Notes: generated by a model from the sequence alone, not told the origin. Shown: positions 1 through 8,954, counted from the first letter of the stretch. The stretch: DNA of 32,000 nucleotides from Acaryochloris thomasi RCC1774 (GCF_003231495.1 NZ_PQWO01000008.1:1-32000); one strand, 5' to 3'. Translations and numbers: made by a program.

Positions 1-64
1 GCCCTGGAAGCAGGTCTTCTATCTGCTCCCATTGATCATCGCGCAGAGCATATCGTCGGGGCAT
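1..64 (-). mobile_element. 5' end of an IS5-like transposase gene (DUF4096-type N-terminus); it runs off the left edge of the window
   Basis: The reverse complement of 1..64 translates from an ATG (62..64) as MPRRYALRDDQWEQIEDLLPG. This matches the characteristic N-terminal motif (RRY-L-D-QWE-I--LLPG) of DUF4096/IS5-family transposases. Only 21 codons are visible. Confidence 0.55.
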
Positions 65-215
65 CTCAAAGCTCCTCACAGTAGAAGAGTCTTTAAGATG
101 AAAGATTAATGTAGATACGTCAAGTTAATTGATGACACGCCCTAGTAACAGGCTGGCAAATTGATCATTCCCAAGTCATTCCACGCTTAATCACAAACTG
201 GTTAGAGGTACATAG

Positions 216-458
216 ATGACTAGCAGCAAATTGATTCAAACTTGTATTCATTCTGAAGTTCGACTGCTGGGCGATATCAAAGCTGACTTCTCTGATCGTC
301 ATATCCCCAAAGGAACTCGTGGCACTATTGTAGAGCGCTACGATAAACCAGACGCCGTTGCCGTTGATTTGGCGATTCCAGATACAGGCTTAGTGGGTGG
401 GTATCGTTACGAGAATGTTATTTTGACTCCACCACAGTTTGAGATCATAAAACGCTGA
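216..458 (+). CDS. Small hypothetical protein (80 aa), DUF4926-like
   Basis: ATG start at 216 preceded by an AGAGG Shine-Dalgarno-like sequence. The size and the G-T-IVE...AV-V-L pattern resemble DUF4926 proteins. The family call is made from memory only. Confidence 0.5.
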   Translation: MTSSKLIQTCIHSEVRLLGDIKADFSDRHIPKGTRGTIVERYDKPDAVAVDLAIPDTGLVGGYRYENVILTPPQFEIIKR

Positions 459-514
459 CGGCGTGTTTAGCAGAACATTACAGGTGGGATTTCACACAAT
501 GGGATCATGTTCTT

Positions 515-1030
515 CTAAATACCTAAGTCAGCGAGAGCAAGACGAATTTGCTCAAGACGCCTGCGGTTAACGCCCAGATCAGACTCTCCCAGACGGGCGG
601 CAGAGCGGACCTGAATCAGGTTCTCTTCAGCAGGTAGATAGAATTCAGCATCATCGACAAAACCCATCAGCTTGCTAGCAGATTCAGTCCGAATATAGTC
701 ATCCCGTTGCTCAACGACTGTAGTGTTGGGAACAACGCTTAAAACCTTCAGCAAGGCTTCGCGGGCAGTCTCCCGATCTCCGGCATAGGCAATCGGAGCA
801 ATTTCATGATCGAGATCAGCACCCTGACTCACCACGCAATTGGGAGAGTCAGGACAGGGTGCCAATTGTCCATCTTGCAAACCAATAACCTCGGGAGGGC
901 TACCGGCAAACAGCCCCTGAAGTCCAGGCAAGGCTGCGGGCGATGTAGAAACGGCCCAGGCTGGTGATGTGAATAGACCCGAGAAAGCTAGAAGTCCAGC
1001 TAAAACGAAAGAGAGAAAATATTGCGTCAT
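515..1030 (-). CDS. Secreted DUF1499-family protein
   Basis: N-terminal signal peptide (…FSGLFTSPAWA/VS) and the CPDSPNCV-SQ motif typical of DUF1499. ATG start at 1030. Confidence 0.7.
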   Translation of the reverse strand: MTQYFLSFVLAGLLAFSGLFTSPAWAVSTSPAALPGLQGLFAGSPPEVIGLQDGQLAPCPDSPNCVVSQGADLDHEIAPIAYAGDRETAREALLKVLSVVPNTTVVEQRDDYIRTESASKLMGFVDDAEFYLPAEENLIQVRSAARLGESDLGVNRRRLEQIRLALADLGI

Positions 1031-1126
1031 GAGATTCTGCTTTACTACCTATGATGCAGTTTACAAGCATATCGAGTGGCATGGTGAGGTCTACGGTATG
1101 CTGATGCAGATGTTTGCAAACCGACT

Positions 1127-2914
1127 ATGACGAGCTATTCCACTCTGGTTGAACTGCTGTGCGATCGCGCCCAGAAAACCCCTGACAAACGCGCCTATAC
1201 GTTCCTCGCAGATGGCGAAACGGAGTCGGGAACGCTGACCTATGGTGAGCTGGACCGGCAGGCACGTGCGATCGCAACTCACCTAAGCTCTCGTCTATCA
1301 CCCGGAGACCGGGCGCTGCTCATTTATCCCTACACGGCAGGCTTAGAGTTTATTGCGGCTTTCATGGGGTGCCTCTATGCCGGGGTCATCGCCGTCACAG
1401 ACAACCCACCGCGTAATCTAGACGCCCTCCGCAAGCTCCAGGAGCGGATGACGCTATCAGGCTCCACCGCCTTTCTGACCACAGAGACGCTTGCAACTCA
1501 ACTCCAAAGTCAGCTCCCGAAAAGCCCCGAGACTGCCGCCCAGCTCTCTCAACTCTTTGTTGTCACGACAGACACCATCTCGGCCAGCCCAGATGATTGG
1601 CATCAGCCCGAACTCGCCGCAGAAACACTAGCCTTTTTGCAATATACCTCTGGCTCCACGGGCACGCCCAAAGGAGTGATGGTGACCCACGGCAATATTC
1701 TCTATAACGAGCGGGTCATTCAGCAGGCTTTTCAGCACAGCACAGAGACTCTCTTTGTCGGCTGGCTCCCTTTATTTCACGATATGGGACTGATTGGAAA
1801 TGTACTGCAGCCTTTGTATATAGGGATTCACAGCGTTTTGATGTCTCCAATCTCTCTGATTCAGAAACCAGTGCTATGGCTAGAGGCCATTTCTCGATAC
1901 CGAGCGACCACCAGCGGTGGCCCCAACTTTGCCTACGAATTGCTTTGCCAAAAAACAACGCCGGAGCAGAGAGCTAGCCTAGATCTCAAGTCTTGGGACG
2001 TTGCCTTTTGTGGCGCAGAACCCATTCGGGTAGAGACGCTGGAGCAATTTACGCATCTCTTTGAACCACAGGGTTTTCGCCGAGAAGCCTTTTACCCTTG
2101 CTATGGCATGGCGGAAGCCAGCCTATTTATCTCTGGAGGGGATAAAAGCGACCCGCCCGTCATTGTGTCGATTGACAGAGCAGCGCTAGAGAGAAATCAA
2201 GTTGAGCATGCAGAGCAACCTGAGGCAAAAGCACTTATGGGTTGCGGTCATGCTTGGCTAGAGGATCAAATCTTGATTGTGGATCCCGACACTCGGCAGC
2301 GCTGTGCCACAAACCAGGTAGGTGAAGTCTGGGTCTCAGGTCCGGGTATTGGCCAAGGCTATTGGCAGCAAGCCGAGGCCACGGAACAGACCTTCAGAGG
2401 CACCCTCGCAGACACTGGAGAAGGCCCCTTTCTACGCACCGGCGACTTTGGATTTCTCCAGGGCCAGGAGCTTTTTATTACCGGACGCCTCAAGGACATG
2501 ATGATTTTGTGGGGGCGCAACCACTACCCCCAACACATTGAGCAAACAGTTGAACAATGCCACCCAGCTCTACGCAGCAACTGCGGTGCAGCCATTGCCG
2601 TTGACGTTGAAGATCAAGAACAGCTTGTGATTGTGCAAGAGGTAGAGCGCACGGCACTCCGCCAATTTGATGCCCAGGAGGTGATCGAGGCGATTTGCCG
2701 AGCCGTAGCGGAGAACCATATGTCAGAGGTTTATGGGGTCGCGCTGTTGAAGACAGGCAGCATTCCCAAAACCACCAGTGGCAAAGTCCAGCGACGCATG
2801 TGTCGAGCAAAGTTCTTAGACAATAGCCTCAATACAGTGGCCCAGTGGCAAATGACTCCTGAGCAGCGGGGAACGATCGTCGATTTGATGGCTCGGTCAG
2901 GAGCTACAGGCTAA
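1127..2914 (+). CDS. Fatty acyl-AMP ligase (FAAL), adenylate-forming superfamily; copy 1
   Basis: 595 aa. AMP-binding core motif LQYTSGSTGTPKGVMVTHGNILYN, the WLPLFHDMGLIG motif, GEGPFLRTGD-GF, and a C-terminal SGK-QR motif. The overall layout is that of the FadD32/FAAL class rather than acyl-CoA synthetases. Confidence 0.85.
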   Translation: MTSYSTLVELLCDRAQKTPDKRAYTFLADGETESGTLTYGELDRQARAIATHLSSRLSPGDRALLIYPYTAGLEFIAAFMGCLYAGVIAVTDNPPRNLDALRKLQERMTLSGSTAFLTTETLATQLQSQLPKSPETAAQLSQLFVVTTDTISASPDDWHQPELAAETLAFLQYTSGSTGTPKGVMVTHGNILYNERVIQQAFQHSTETLFVGWLPLFHDMGLIGNVLQPLYIGIHSVLMSPISLIQKPVLWLEAISRYRATTSGGPNFAYELLCQKTTPEQRASLDLKSWDVAFCGAEPIRVETLEQFTHLFEPQGFRREAFYPCYGMAEASLFISGGDKSDPPVIVSIDRAALERNQVEHAEQPEAKALMGCGHAWLEDQILIVDPDTRQRCATNQVGEVWVSGPGIGQGYWQQAEATEQTFRGTLADTGEGPFLRTGDFGFLQGQELFITGRLKDMMILWGRNHYPQHIEQTVEQCHPALRSNCGAAIAVDVEDQEQLVIVQEVERTALRQFDAQEVIEAICRAVAENHMSEVYGVALLKTGSIPKTTSGKVQRRMCRAKFLDNSLNTVAQWQMTPEQRGTIVDLMARSGATG

Positions 2915-2964
2915 TGTATCAGGGGCCATGTTAGGGTAGCTGGGGTCTGCAACAATTCCGCATC

Positions 2965-3756
2965 ATGACGACGTCCTTTAGCCAAATCTACGAGACGCTG
3001 AAAGCCAAAAACCGGGCGTTGGTTCTGGGGGTCGGCGAAGGCTTAATCCGTAAGGTTGAACAGCAATTTGTCCGGCATTCGCTGATTGGCGATCGCAAGT
3101 TTTTTGAGCCAGAACAGTTCGACTGGATTCCGGAGCTAGAGGCCAATTGGCACAAGATTCGCCAAGAGCTAGACCATATTCTGCAGCACCGGGATGAGCT
3201 GCCCAACTTTCAAGATATTGCCAAAGACGAATACCGCATTACCAAGGACGACCGCTGGAAAACCTATTTTTTCTACGCCTTCGGTATCGAGATGGAGCAG
3301 AACTGCAGCCGCTGCCCCGAAACAACGCGCCTTCTAAAAAACATCCCCAACATGACCACGGCATTCTTCTCAATTCTGCTGCCCCACAAACAGATTCCAG
3401 AACATAAGGGGGTTTACAAAGGCATCATTCGCTATCACCTAGGTCTAAAAGTTCCTGAGCCTAAGACAAGCTGCGGCATTTGCGTGGGCGGCGAAACACG
3501 CAACTGGGCAGAGGGCAAAAGCCTAATCTTTGATGATCTCTATCGCCACTCGGCCTGGAACAATAGCGACGATGTGCGCGTGGTTTTGTTTGTAGACTTT
3601 CTCCGGCCTGTTGCGCGGCCCTACAACCTTTTCAACCAAATGATCATGCGCTTAATCTCATGGTCTCCCTACGTCCAAGATGGCAAGGCCAGACAAGACC
3701 AATGGGATGAGCGGCTAGAGGCGCTGTTAGGTAAGGGCAAACCAAGACTCGACTGA
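2965..3756 (+). CDS. Aspartyl/asparaginyl beta-hydroxylase (AspH/LpxO) family Fe(II)/2-oxoglutarate dioxygenase
   Basis: 263 aa. The segment IPEHKGVYKGIIRYHLGLKVP plus a downstream W-E-…-FDD…H-A-N…R-VL-VDF matches the PF05118 fold signature. It lies 50 nt downstream of FAAL copy 1 on the same strand. Confidence 0.75.
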   Translation: MTTSFSQIYETLKAKNRALVLGVGEGLIRKVEQQFVRHSLIGDRKFFEPEQFDWIPELEANWHKIRQELDHILQHRDELPNFQDIAKDEYRITKDDRWKTYFFYAFGIEMEQNCSRCPETTRLLKNIPNMTTAFFSILLPHKQIPEHKGVYKGIIRYHLGLKVPEPKTSCGICVGGETRNWAEGKSLIFDDLYRHSAWNNSDDVRVVLFVDFLRPVARPYNLFNQMIMRLISWSPYVQDGKARQDQWDERLEALLGKGKPRLD

Positions 3757-3859
3757 CGACTGCCCCTGCGCGACAGCTCAACAATCGGCTTCACCCTGCA
3801 TCCTAGACGGAGCAGGACAAGTCTCCTACCCTAGGACCAGTCAGCGACAAAGCCTCAGT

Positions 3860-5155
3860 CTAAATTCCGAGACGTTGATAAATCTGATCTAGATGCTCAA
3901 GGTGACGCTGAGGATTAAAGCAGTCTTCGATTTCGTCTGCCGACAGATATTCTTTCACCTGGCTATCTTCAACAATGGCTGCTCGGAAATTGCCACTCTC
4001 CTGGTTCCAGGCCGCGTGAGCATTGCCCTGCACAATGGCATATGCATCCTCGCGGCTCATGCCCTTTTCCACTAGCGCCAGCAGCACCCGCTGGGAGAAA
4101 ATAACACCGCCGTAACGGTTCATATTCCGCTTCATATTATCGGGGTAAACCTGAAGCTTCTGTACCAGCCCCGTGGTCTCCACCAGCATAAAATGCATCA
4201 AGATTGCGGCATCAGGCAGAATCACTCGCTCGGCAGAACTATGGGAAATATCCCGCTCGTGCCACAGAGCGACATTCTCTAAGCCCGTCATGGCATAGCC
4301 TCGGATGACGCGAGCAATACCTGTAAGTCGCTCTGATTTAATGGGATTGCGCTTATGTGGCATGGCCGATGATCCCTTCTGGCCCTTGGAGAAGAATTCC
4401 TCTACTTCCAAAACATCGGTTCGCTGTAGGTTACGAATTTCCACCGCGAAGCGTTCAATGGAGGCCGCCAGCAGGGCCAAGACCTGCAGATAATTGGCGT
4501 GGCGATCTCGTGACACCACTTGAGTGGAGGCGCAGTCAGGCTGAAGGCCCAGATTTTGACATGCGATCGCTTCTACCTGTGGGTCAATATTGGCGTAGGT
4601 ACCGACTGCCCCAGAGATTTTGCCCACAGCAATATCGTGCTGAAGCTGGTTAAGGCGATCTCGGTGTCGCAATACTTCCGCTAGCCACCCGGCCAGCTTG
4701 AATCCTAGAGTAATAGGTTCAGCGTGGATGCCGTGACTGCGGCCCACCATCACCGTATTGCGGTGCTGTTGTGCTTGGTAGCGAATCGCCTGAATCAAAG
4801 CCTCATGCTGACGCAGGAGCACTTTCACGCTGGCAACCAACTGCAGTGCCAGAGCGGTATCCAAAACGTCGGAACTGGTCATCCCAACATGGATATAGCG
4901 ACCCGCATCCCCGACATACTCATTCACGTTTGTCAGGAAGGCAATCACATCATGCTTGACTTCGGCCTCGATTTCTAAAATCCGGGCAGGGTCAAAGTTT
5001 GCCTTCGCCTTGATTGTCTCCACCGCCTCTGCGGGAATCTTCCCTAGCTCGGCCTGGGCTTCGCAGGCTGCGATCTCAACCTGGAGCCAGGTCTGGAATT
5101 TATAGTGGTCCGTCCACAGATCGCCCATTTCGGACAGGGTATACCGCTCGATCAA
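3860..5155 (-). CDS. purB: Adenylosuccinate lyase
   Basis: 431 aa. Conserved N-terminus MIERYTLSEMGDLW (TTG start) and the fumarate-lyase signature SSAMPHKRNP. Confidence 0.95.
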   Translation of the reverse strand: MIERYTLSEMGDLWTDHYKFQTWLQVEIAACEAQAELGKIPAEAVETIKAKANFDPARILEIEAEVKHDVIAFLTNVNEYVGDAGRYIHVGMTSSDVLDTALALQLVASVKVLLRQHEALIQAIRYQAQQHRNTVMVGRSHGIHAEPITLGFKLAGWLAEVLRHRDRLNQLQHDIAVGKISGAVGTYANIDPQVEAIACQNLGLQPDCASTQVVSRDRHANYLQVLALLAASIERFAVEIRNLQRTDVLEVEEFFSKGQKGSSAMPHKRNPIKSERLTGIARVIRGYAMTGLENVALWHERDISHSSAERVILPDAAILMHFMLVETTGLVQKLQVYPDNMKRNMNRYGGVIFSQRVLLALVEKGMSREDAYAIVQGNAHAAWNQESGNFRAAIVEDSQVKEYLSADEIEDCFNPQRHLEHLDQIYQRLGI

Positions 5156-5243
5156 GTTCTTACGCAGAGTACGACTGAATCATTGTACGGCCTCAGCGAT
5201 CTTCTCTGCACTTCATGGGATAAGCCGATCAGTATGTGCCCCC

Positions 5244-6188
5244 CTAAGAAGCTGCTGTGCCTGATTTCCAAGCGTTTGCTTTTTCTGATTCAAGCTGTTG
5301 GACGGTACGCTGCAGGGCTTCAATAATGCTGTACATTTCCATCGGATCAAAGACCTTCAGCAGACTGGTTTGCGTCACAATTCCTAAGCCTTGTCCCCAG
5401 TTCCAGGAAACGACAAAGCGACGGACTCGCCGCTGCTGCATCTCTTGCTGAACCATTGATAGCGAATCTTCAGGGGAAAGCAGAAAGAGAGGCGTACTCA
5501 TCACCGCTTGGGCCTGCTGCTTGACGAGGTTGAGCTGCAGCGACTGAAATTGCACAATATCGCGTTCAGTGACGATCCCTACTGGCTGAGGATTCTCTCC
5601 CGTGAGATCGACTATCACGACACAGCTGACGCGGTGTTCAGCCATCTGCTGCGCGAGGCATAACACAGATGTTTCTGGCTCGGCTTGAACGACATCGACC
5701 GTCATAACCTCGGCCACGCGCCTCAGCTTTAGGAGATTAGCGGGCTTCAGCACCTTACGTAGAGTTTCAGAGGAGATGACGCCCAATAGATGGTCAAATT
5801 CATCCACAATGGGCAAATGGCGAATCCGGTAGCGACGAAACAGAAACAGAACCGCAAAAACATCCTGAAGACTCCCCCGGGAAAGGGTCTTGACGGGGTG
5901 GATCATCACCTCAGCAATGGTGCATTTTTCCAGAGACCGATTCTCTGCCGCCAGACGAACAATATCGCGTTCGGTAAAAATTCCCTGAAGCTCCTGATCC
6001 TGCATAACCAGAACACAGCTTGACCGCACAGAGGAGTCAGCAACAGATCCACCCAGCTCGCAGCGGCTAAAGGGGCTCTGACTCATCAGACCGATAACCT
6101 CCACCAGTGACGCGTCGGGAGCCACGATTAAGGGGTTGGGGTCAATGGCATCGAGGGGCGTATGGAGCTGGGGGCCATCCAGAGGCAT
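5244..6188 (-). CDS. CBS-domain protein (two Bateman modules / four CBS motifs) ending in a short coiled-coil
   Basis: 314 aa. Repeated GI-TERDIV / HLP-VD / GVIS CBS patterns. The C-terminal segment …IIEALQRTVQQLESEKA looks like a signalling-helix linker, but no output domain follows. Confidence 0.8.
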   Translation of the reverse strand: MPLDGPQLHTPLDAIDPNPLIVAPDASLVEVIGLMSQSPFSRCELGGSVADSSVRSSCVLVMQDQELQGIFTERDIVRLAAENRSLEKCTIAEVMIHPVKTLSRGSLQDVFAVLFLFRRYRIRHLPIVDEFDHLLGVISSETLRKVLKPANLLKLRRVAEVMTVDVVQAEPETSVLCLAQQMAEHRVSCVVIVDLTGENPQPVGIVTERDIVQFQSLQLNLVKQQAQAVMSTPLFLLSPEDSLSMVQQEMQQRRVRRFVVSWNWGQGLGIVTQTSLLKVFDPMEMYSIIEALQRTVQQLESEKANAWKSGTAAS

Positions 6189-6196
6189 TGGAGACT

Positions 6197-6541
6197 CTAC
6201 TGTTTTTTAGATGTGCCTGATATGCGCTTGGCCTTCCCGTAAAGGCGATCTAATACTCGTTTGACTGAAATCCGCTGCCACTGCTGGCCGCGCTTGGTTT
6301 GATAGCCGCTCTGATTCAGCCAATCGGCAATTTGCTGCAGAGATTTGCCCGACTTGTGGTGCCGACGAATCAGATCAACGATTTCTTGCTCTTTAGGGTT
6401 CTCGACGAGTTCGCCATTTTGCGATCGCAACCCAAACGGAGGCGAACCAAACCCAGCATATCCCCCTTGGGCTGCCTTGGCCTGCCGCCCCTGATCGAGA
6501 CGCTGCCAAGCCAACAAATCATCTGAACGCTCCGCTGTCAT
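6197..6541 (-). CDS. Recombinase-domain-only protein (large-serine-recombinase 'Recombinase' DNA-binding domain; no resolvase catalytic domain)
   Basis: The pattern GGYAGFGSPPFGL…ENPKEQEIVDLI…GKSLQQIADWLNQSGYQTKRGQQWQRISVKRVL matches PF07508-type domains. I prefer the ATG at 6541 over the TTG at 6568 used by the ORF track. There is only an 8-nt gap to the downstream CBS gene. Confidence 0.65.
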   Translation of the reverse strand: MTAERSDDLLAWQRLDQGRQAKAAQGGYAGFGSPPFGLRSQNGELVENPKEQEIVDLIRRHHKSGKSLQQIADWLNQSGYQTKRGQQWQRISVKRVLDRLYGKAKRISGTSKKQ

Positions 6542-6562
6542 TGGTGTTTCCCTAAACCCTTC

Positions 6563-6646
6563 AGACAAATGTTACAGAAAATCTCCTGAATTTCATACAG
6601 AATAAGCTACATAGCTCAAACAGGTGTATGATAGACAAATGTTACA
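6563..6646. repeat. Two copies of the 14-mer AGACAAATGTTACA in direct orientation (6563..6576 and 6633..6646), 70 nt apart
   Basis: Exact 14/14 match read directly from the sequence. The copies lie in the divergent region between the recombinase-domain gene and adk. Confidence 0.6.
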
Positions 6647-6749
6647 AGCAATTAGATTGTAGTCCTTTAACCGCAAGGCTTCAAATCTTTTTTGGTCAGG
6701 AGAGAGCCATTCATCATGTAGCGGCTGCTCATTCGTTGTAGGAAGACCG

Positions 6750-7313
6750 ATGCGACTGATTATTTTGGGCCCTCCGGGTTCAGGTAAAGGGACCCAAGCA
6801 GAAAAGCTAGCCTCACAAGCCAACATTCCACATATTTCAACGGGAGAGCTTTTACGCATTGCCATCTCACAGGGAACCTCCCTAGGCAAGCAAGCACGAA
6901 CCTTTGTTGAGTCTGGCGATCTAGTGCCCGACTCGCTGGTGATTGCTCTGATGCGGGAGCGTCTAGGGCAGCAAGATGCTCAACAGGGCTGGATTCTAGA
7001 TGGTTTTCCCTGTAATCTCACGCAGGCACACGCACTCGACTCATTGCTGCAGATTATGGGGCAGCCCTACGGTACCGTCATCCACTTAGACGTTGAGGCT
7101 GACAAATTAACGCAACGAATGCTGCAGCGGGGGCGTCAGGATGACCAAGCCAATATCATTCAACAGCGATTGGCTGTGTATCAGCAGCAAACGGCTCCCC
7201 TAATTGATTTTTATCAGCGTCGCCGTTGCTTAACGCATATCGACGGCAGCCCAACGGCTGAGATTGTGAACAGCGCAATACAAAAAGCGTTAAAAGTTCC
7301 AGTCGCTGCGTAG
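6750..7313 (+). CDS. adk: Adenylate kinase (short form, no zinc lid)
   Basis: [17 protein letters not shown]-loop, an ISTGELLR motif and a GFPC-L-QA motif (canonical GFPR). 187 aa. Confidence 0.95.
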   Translation: MRLIILGPPGSGKGTQAEKLASQANIPHISTGELLRIAISQGTSLGKQARTFVESGDLVPDSLVIALMRERLGQQDAQQGWILDGFPCNLTQAHALDSLLQIMGQPYGTVIHLDVEADKLTQRMLQRGRQDDQANIIQQRLAVYQQQTAPLIDFYQRRRCLTHIDGSPTAEIVNSAIQKALKVPVAA

Positions 7314-7419
7314 CGCACCCTATCAAACGTTTTTCGAGTCTGAGTATCCAAGGGGGATCAACCATGACTCTTCATCTTTTTCGCCCACTTTTAGTTTTCG
7401 TCACTTAAGGATTCATTAC

Positions 7420-7719
7420 ATGGCAACGTACAAAGTCACACTCGTAAACGCCGCCGAAGGAATTGACGCCACTCTAGATGTTGCAGACGACCAGTACATC
7501 TTTGATGCTGCGGAAGAGAACGGTATCGAGCTGCCCATCTCCTGCAGGGCCGGGTCTTGTTCCACCTGTGGCGGCAAAGTTTTATCGGGAACGGTCGATC
7601 AATCCGATCAGTGCTTTCTCGATGACGAACAAATTGAAAAAGGTTTCGTACTCACCTGCGTGGCCTACCCCACCTCTGACTGCAAGATTGAAACCCACCA
7701 AGAAGATGCTTTGCTATAG
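7420..7719 (+). CDS. petF: Plant-type [2Fe-2S] ferredoxin paralogue
   Basis: 99 aa. ATYKVTL… start and cluster ligands in [13 protein letters not shown] … LTCVAYP. It differs from the canonical PetF consensus in having Cys in SDQCFLDD (usually Ser) and an …EDALL C-terminus. Confidence 0.92.
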   Translation: MATYKVTLVNAAEGIDATLDVADDQYIFDAAEENGIELPISCRAGSCSTCGGKVLSGTVDQSDQCFLDDEQIEKGFVLTCVAYPTSDCKIETHQEDALL

Positions 7720-7728
7720 GAGACAACC

Positions 7729-8064
7729 ATGAGTGAAAACATAATGACTACCGTTGCCTACGTGCAAGAAAATGACTTTGATGCCCTAATCGCCAACGAA
7801 ACCCTTACCGTTGTTGACTTTACGGCCTCCTGGTGTGGTCCCTGCCGCAAAATTAGTCCCCTTATGGACCAGTTGGCAGAGGAATTTCCCGATAAAGCCA
7901 CTGTTGTGAAGCTTGATATTGATCAGGCGAAAGCGATCGCAAAAAAATATGCCGTTCGCAGCATTCCAGCCGTGCTGATGTTTAAAGCAGGCGAGACGGT
8001 TGAGAATATCGTTGGCGTCAAACCTTACGAGACCTTTTCTGAAGCGGTCAGTAAACACAGTTAG
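7729..8064 (+). CDS. trxA: Thioredoxin
   Basis: 111 aa. WCGPC active site and the SIPAVLMFK motif. It starts 9 nt after the ferredoxin stop and has an AGGAGA RBS. Confidence 0.9.
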   Translation: MSENIMTTVAYVQENDFDALIANETLTVVDFTASWCGPCRKISPLMDQLAEEFPDKATVVKLDIDQAKAIAKKYAVRSIPAVLMFKAGETVENIVGVKPYETFSEAVSKHS

Positions 8065-8101
8065 AGCCGCCCCTCCACTCGATCCATCCCAAGACATAAT
8101 C

Positions 8102-8350
8102 ATGAAAAATACTCACAACGTTTGCTGCCCTAACTGCGGCGACCGCAGTGCTTCTCGGCGCTACTTTACCAGTGCCGATGCCAGAAAATGTAAAGGGGGA
8201 CTGGTCAGCCAAATTGAATGTCCTGCCTGTGATTATTTGATGGTGACCTGTACAGAGGATGGTCGAGTGCTGGAAGCTTATTCTTCAGGTTTACCGGCTC
8301 CCAGTTTCATCCATCAGCCTGAATCTCGCAGCCCGATACTTCAGTCCTAA
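8102..8350 (+). CDS. Small Cys-rich zinc-ribbon protein (82 aa), function unknown
   Basis: CPNC … CPAC pairs (CCPNCGD…ECPACDY). I chose the ATG at 8102 because the ORF-track start at 8000 overlaps the trx gene. The gene is followed by a terminator. Confidence 0.55.
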   Translation: MKNTHNVCCPNCGDRSASRRYFTSADARKCKGGLVSQIECPACDYLMVTCTEDGRVLEAYSSGLPAPSFIHQPESRSPILQS

Positions 8351-8357
8351 GCTGCTT

Positions 8358-8402
8358 CTGCTCTTGCTGCGGTATTGCCGTGTTCAAGAGCAGCTTTTTC
8401 TT
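8358..8402 (+). terminator. Rho-independent terminator closing the ferredoxin-thioredoxin-Zn-ribbon unit
   Basis: A 9-bp perfect stem, CTGCTCTTG (8358..8366) / CAAGAGCAG (8385..8393), followed by CTTTTTCTT. Confidence 0.6.
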
Positions 8403-8453
8403 AGCTTTTAGTCCGACTCATAGTCCAATGCAATACGGAGGAACGTACAGATC

Positions 8454-8909
8454 ATGATGAGAGCTGAAGAAATCATGACGAAAACGGTGGTGACCATTCA
8501 AGGGTCGGCCACTGTAGCAGATGCCGTAAAAATGATGAAAGACAAGAGCCTCAGGGCGTTGATCGTAGAGCCTCGCTATGAAGGCGATCCCTACGGTATG
8601 GTCTCGGAGACCGATATTGTCTATAAGGTAGCTGCATTTGGCCACGACCCCAAAGAAATGCGGGTCTATGAAATCATGACCAAGCCCTGCGTGGTGGTCA
8701 ATCCAGGATTGGGTGTGGAGTACGTCGCTCGGCTGTTTGCCAATACCAAAATTCGCCGTGCTCCTGTGGTGGAGGGCAAGCTACTGGGAATTATTTCCAC
8801 CAGCGATATTCTCCGCAAGAGCGACTTTGTTGAAAAGCCAAAGAGTAATTTCGAGCTTTATTGTGAAGACAACCCTAATGCCCGTGAAGCGCGGATGTAT
8901 GACGACTAA
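8454..8909 (+). CDS. CBS-CP12 fusion protein, short variant (CBS pair plus the CP12 C-terminal tail only)
   Basis: 151 aa. The CBS pair occupies aa 1-130. The tail, YCEDNPNAREARMYDD, resembles the CP12 C-terminal loop (C-x4-P-x4-C-x-YDD) but has Ala in place of the second Cys. Confidence 0.8.
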   Translation: MMRAEEIMTKTVVTIQGSATVADAVKMMKDKSLRALIVEPRYEGDPYGMVSETDIVYKVAAFGHDPKEMRVYEIMTKPCVVVNPGLGVEYVARLFANTKIRRAPVVEGKLLGIISTSDILRKSDFVEKPKSNFELYCEDNPNAREARMYDD

Positions 8910-8954
8910 GTCTTCACCCTTCCTCTGTTGTTGCGTTTCAAATCAGGATTTTGT

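Noticed and set aside
1052-1120. An approximate direct repeat, TGATGCAG(…)TTT[A/G]CAA, at about 1052 and about 1102 in the DUF1499/FAAL divergent promoter.
   Set aside because: The two copies need an indel to align and share only short cores. This cannot be distinguished from chance without comparative data.
6593-6889. A 98-aa minus-strand ORF overlapping the adk start.
   Set aside because: It overlaps the highly conserved adk P-loop region in antisense and extends into the AT-rich promoter. It shows no family resemblance.
8000-8101. An upstream extension of the Zn-ribbon ORF, and similarly 8928..8954 for ftrV, 11930..11941 for the yqeY-like gene and 6542..6568 for the recombinase-domain gene.
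   Set aside because: These extensions overlap the preceding gene or use non-ATG starts. In each case an internal ATG gives the conserved family N-terminus or a sensible intergenic spacing.
8102-8350. The possibility that the Cys-rich small protein is the missing FTR catalytic subunit (FtrC).
   Set aside because: FtrC has characteristic CPC…CPC…CHC motifs and a different length and sequence pattern. This protein instead has two CxxC pairs typical of a zinc ribbon.
8423-8436. An NtcA-like site (GTC-N8-TAC) upstream of the short CBS-CP12 gene.
   Set aside because: It is an imperfect match to GTA-N8-TAC. It sits only about 18 nt from the start codon, which leaves no room for a -10 box and leader.
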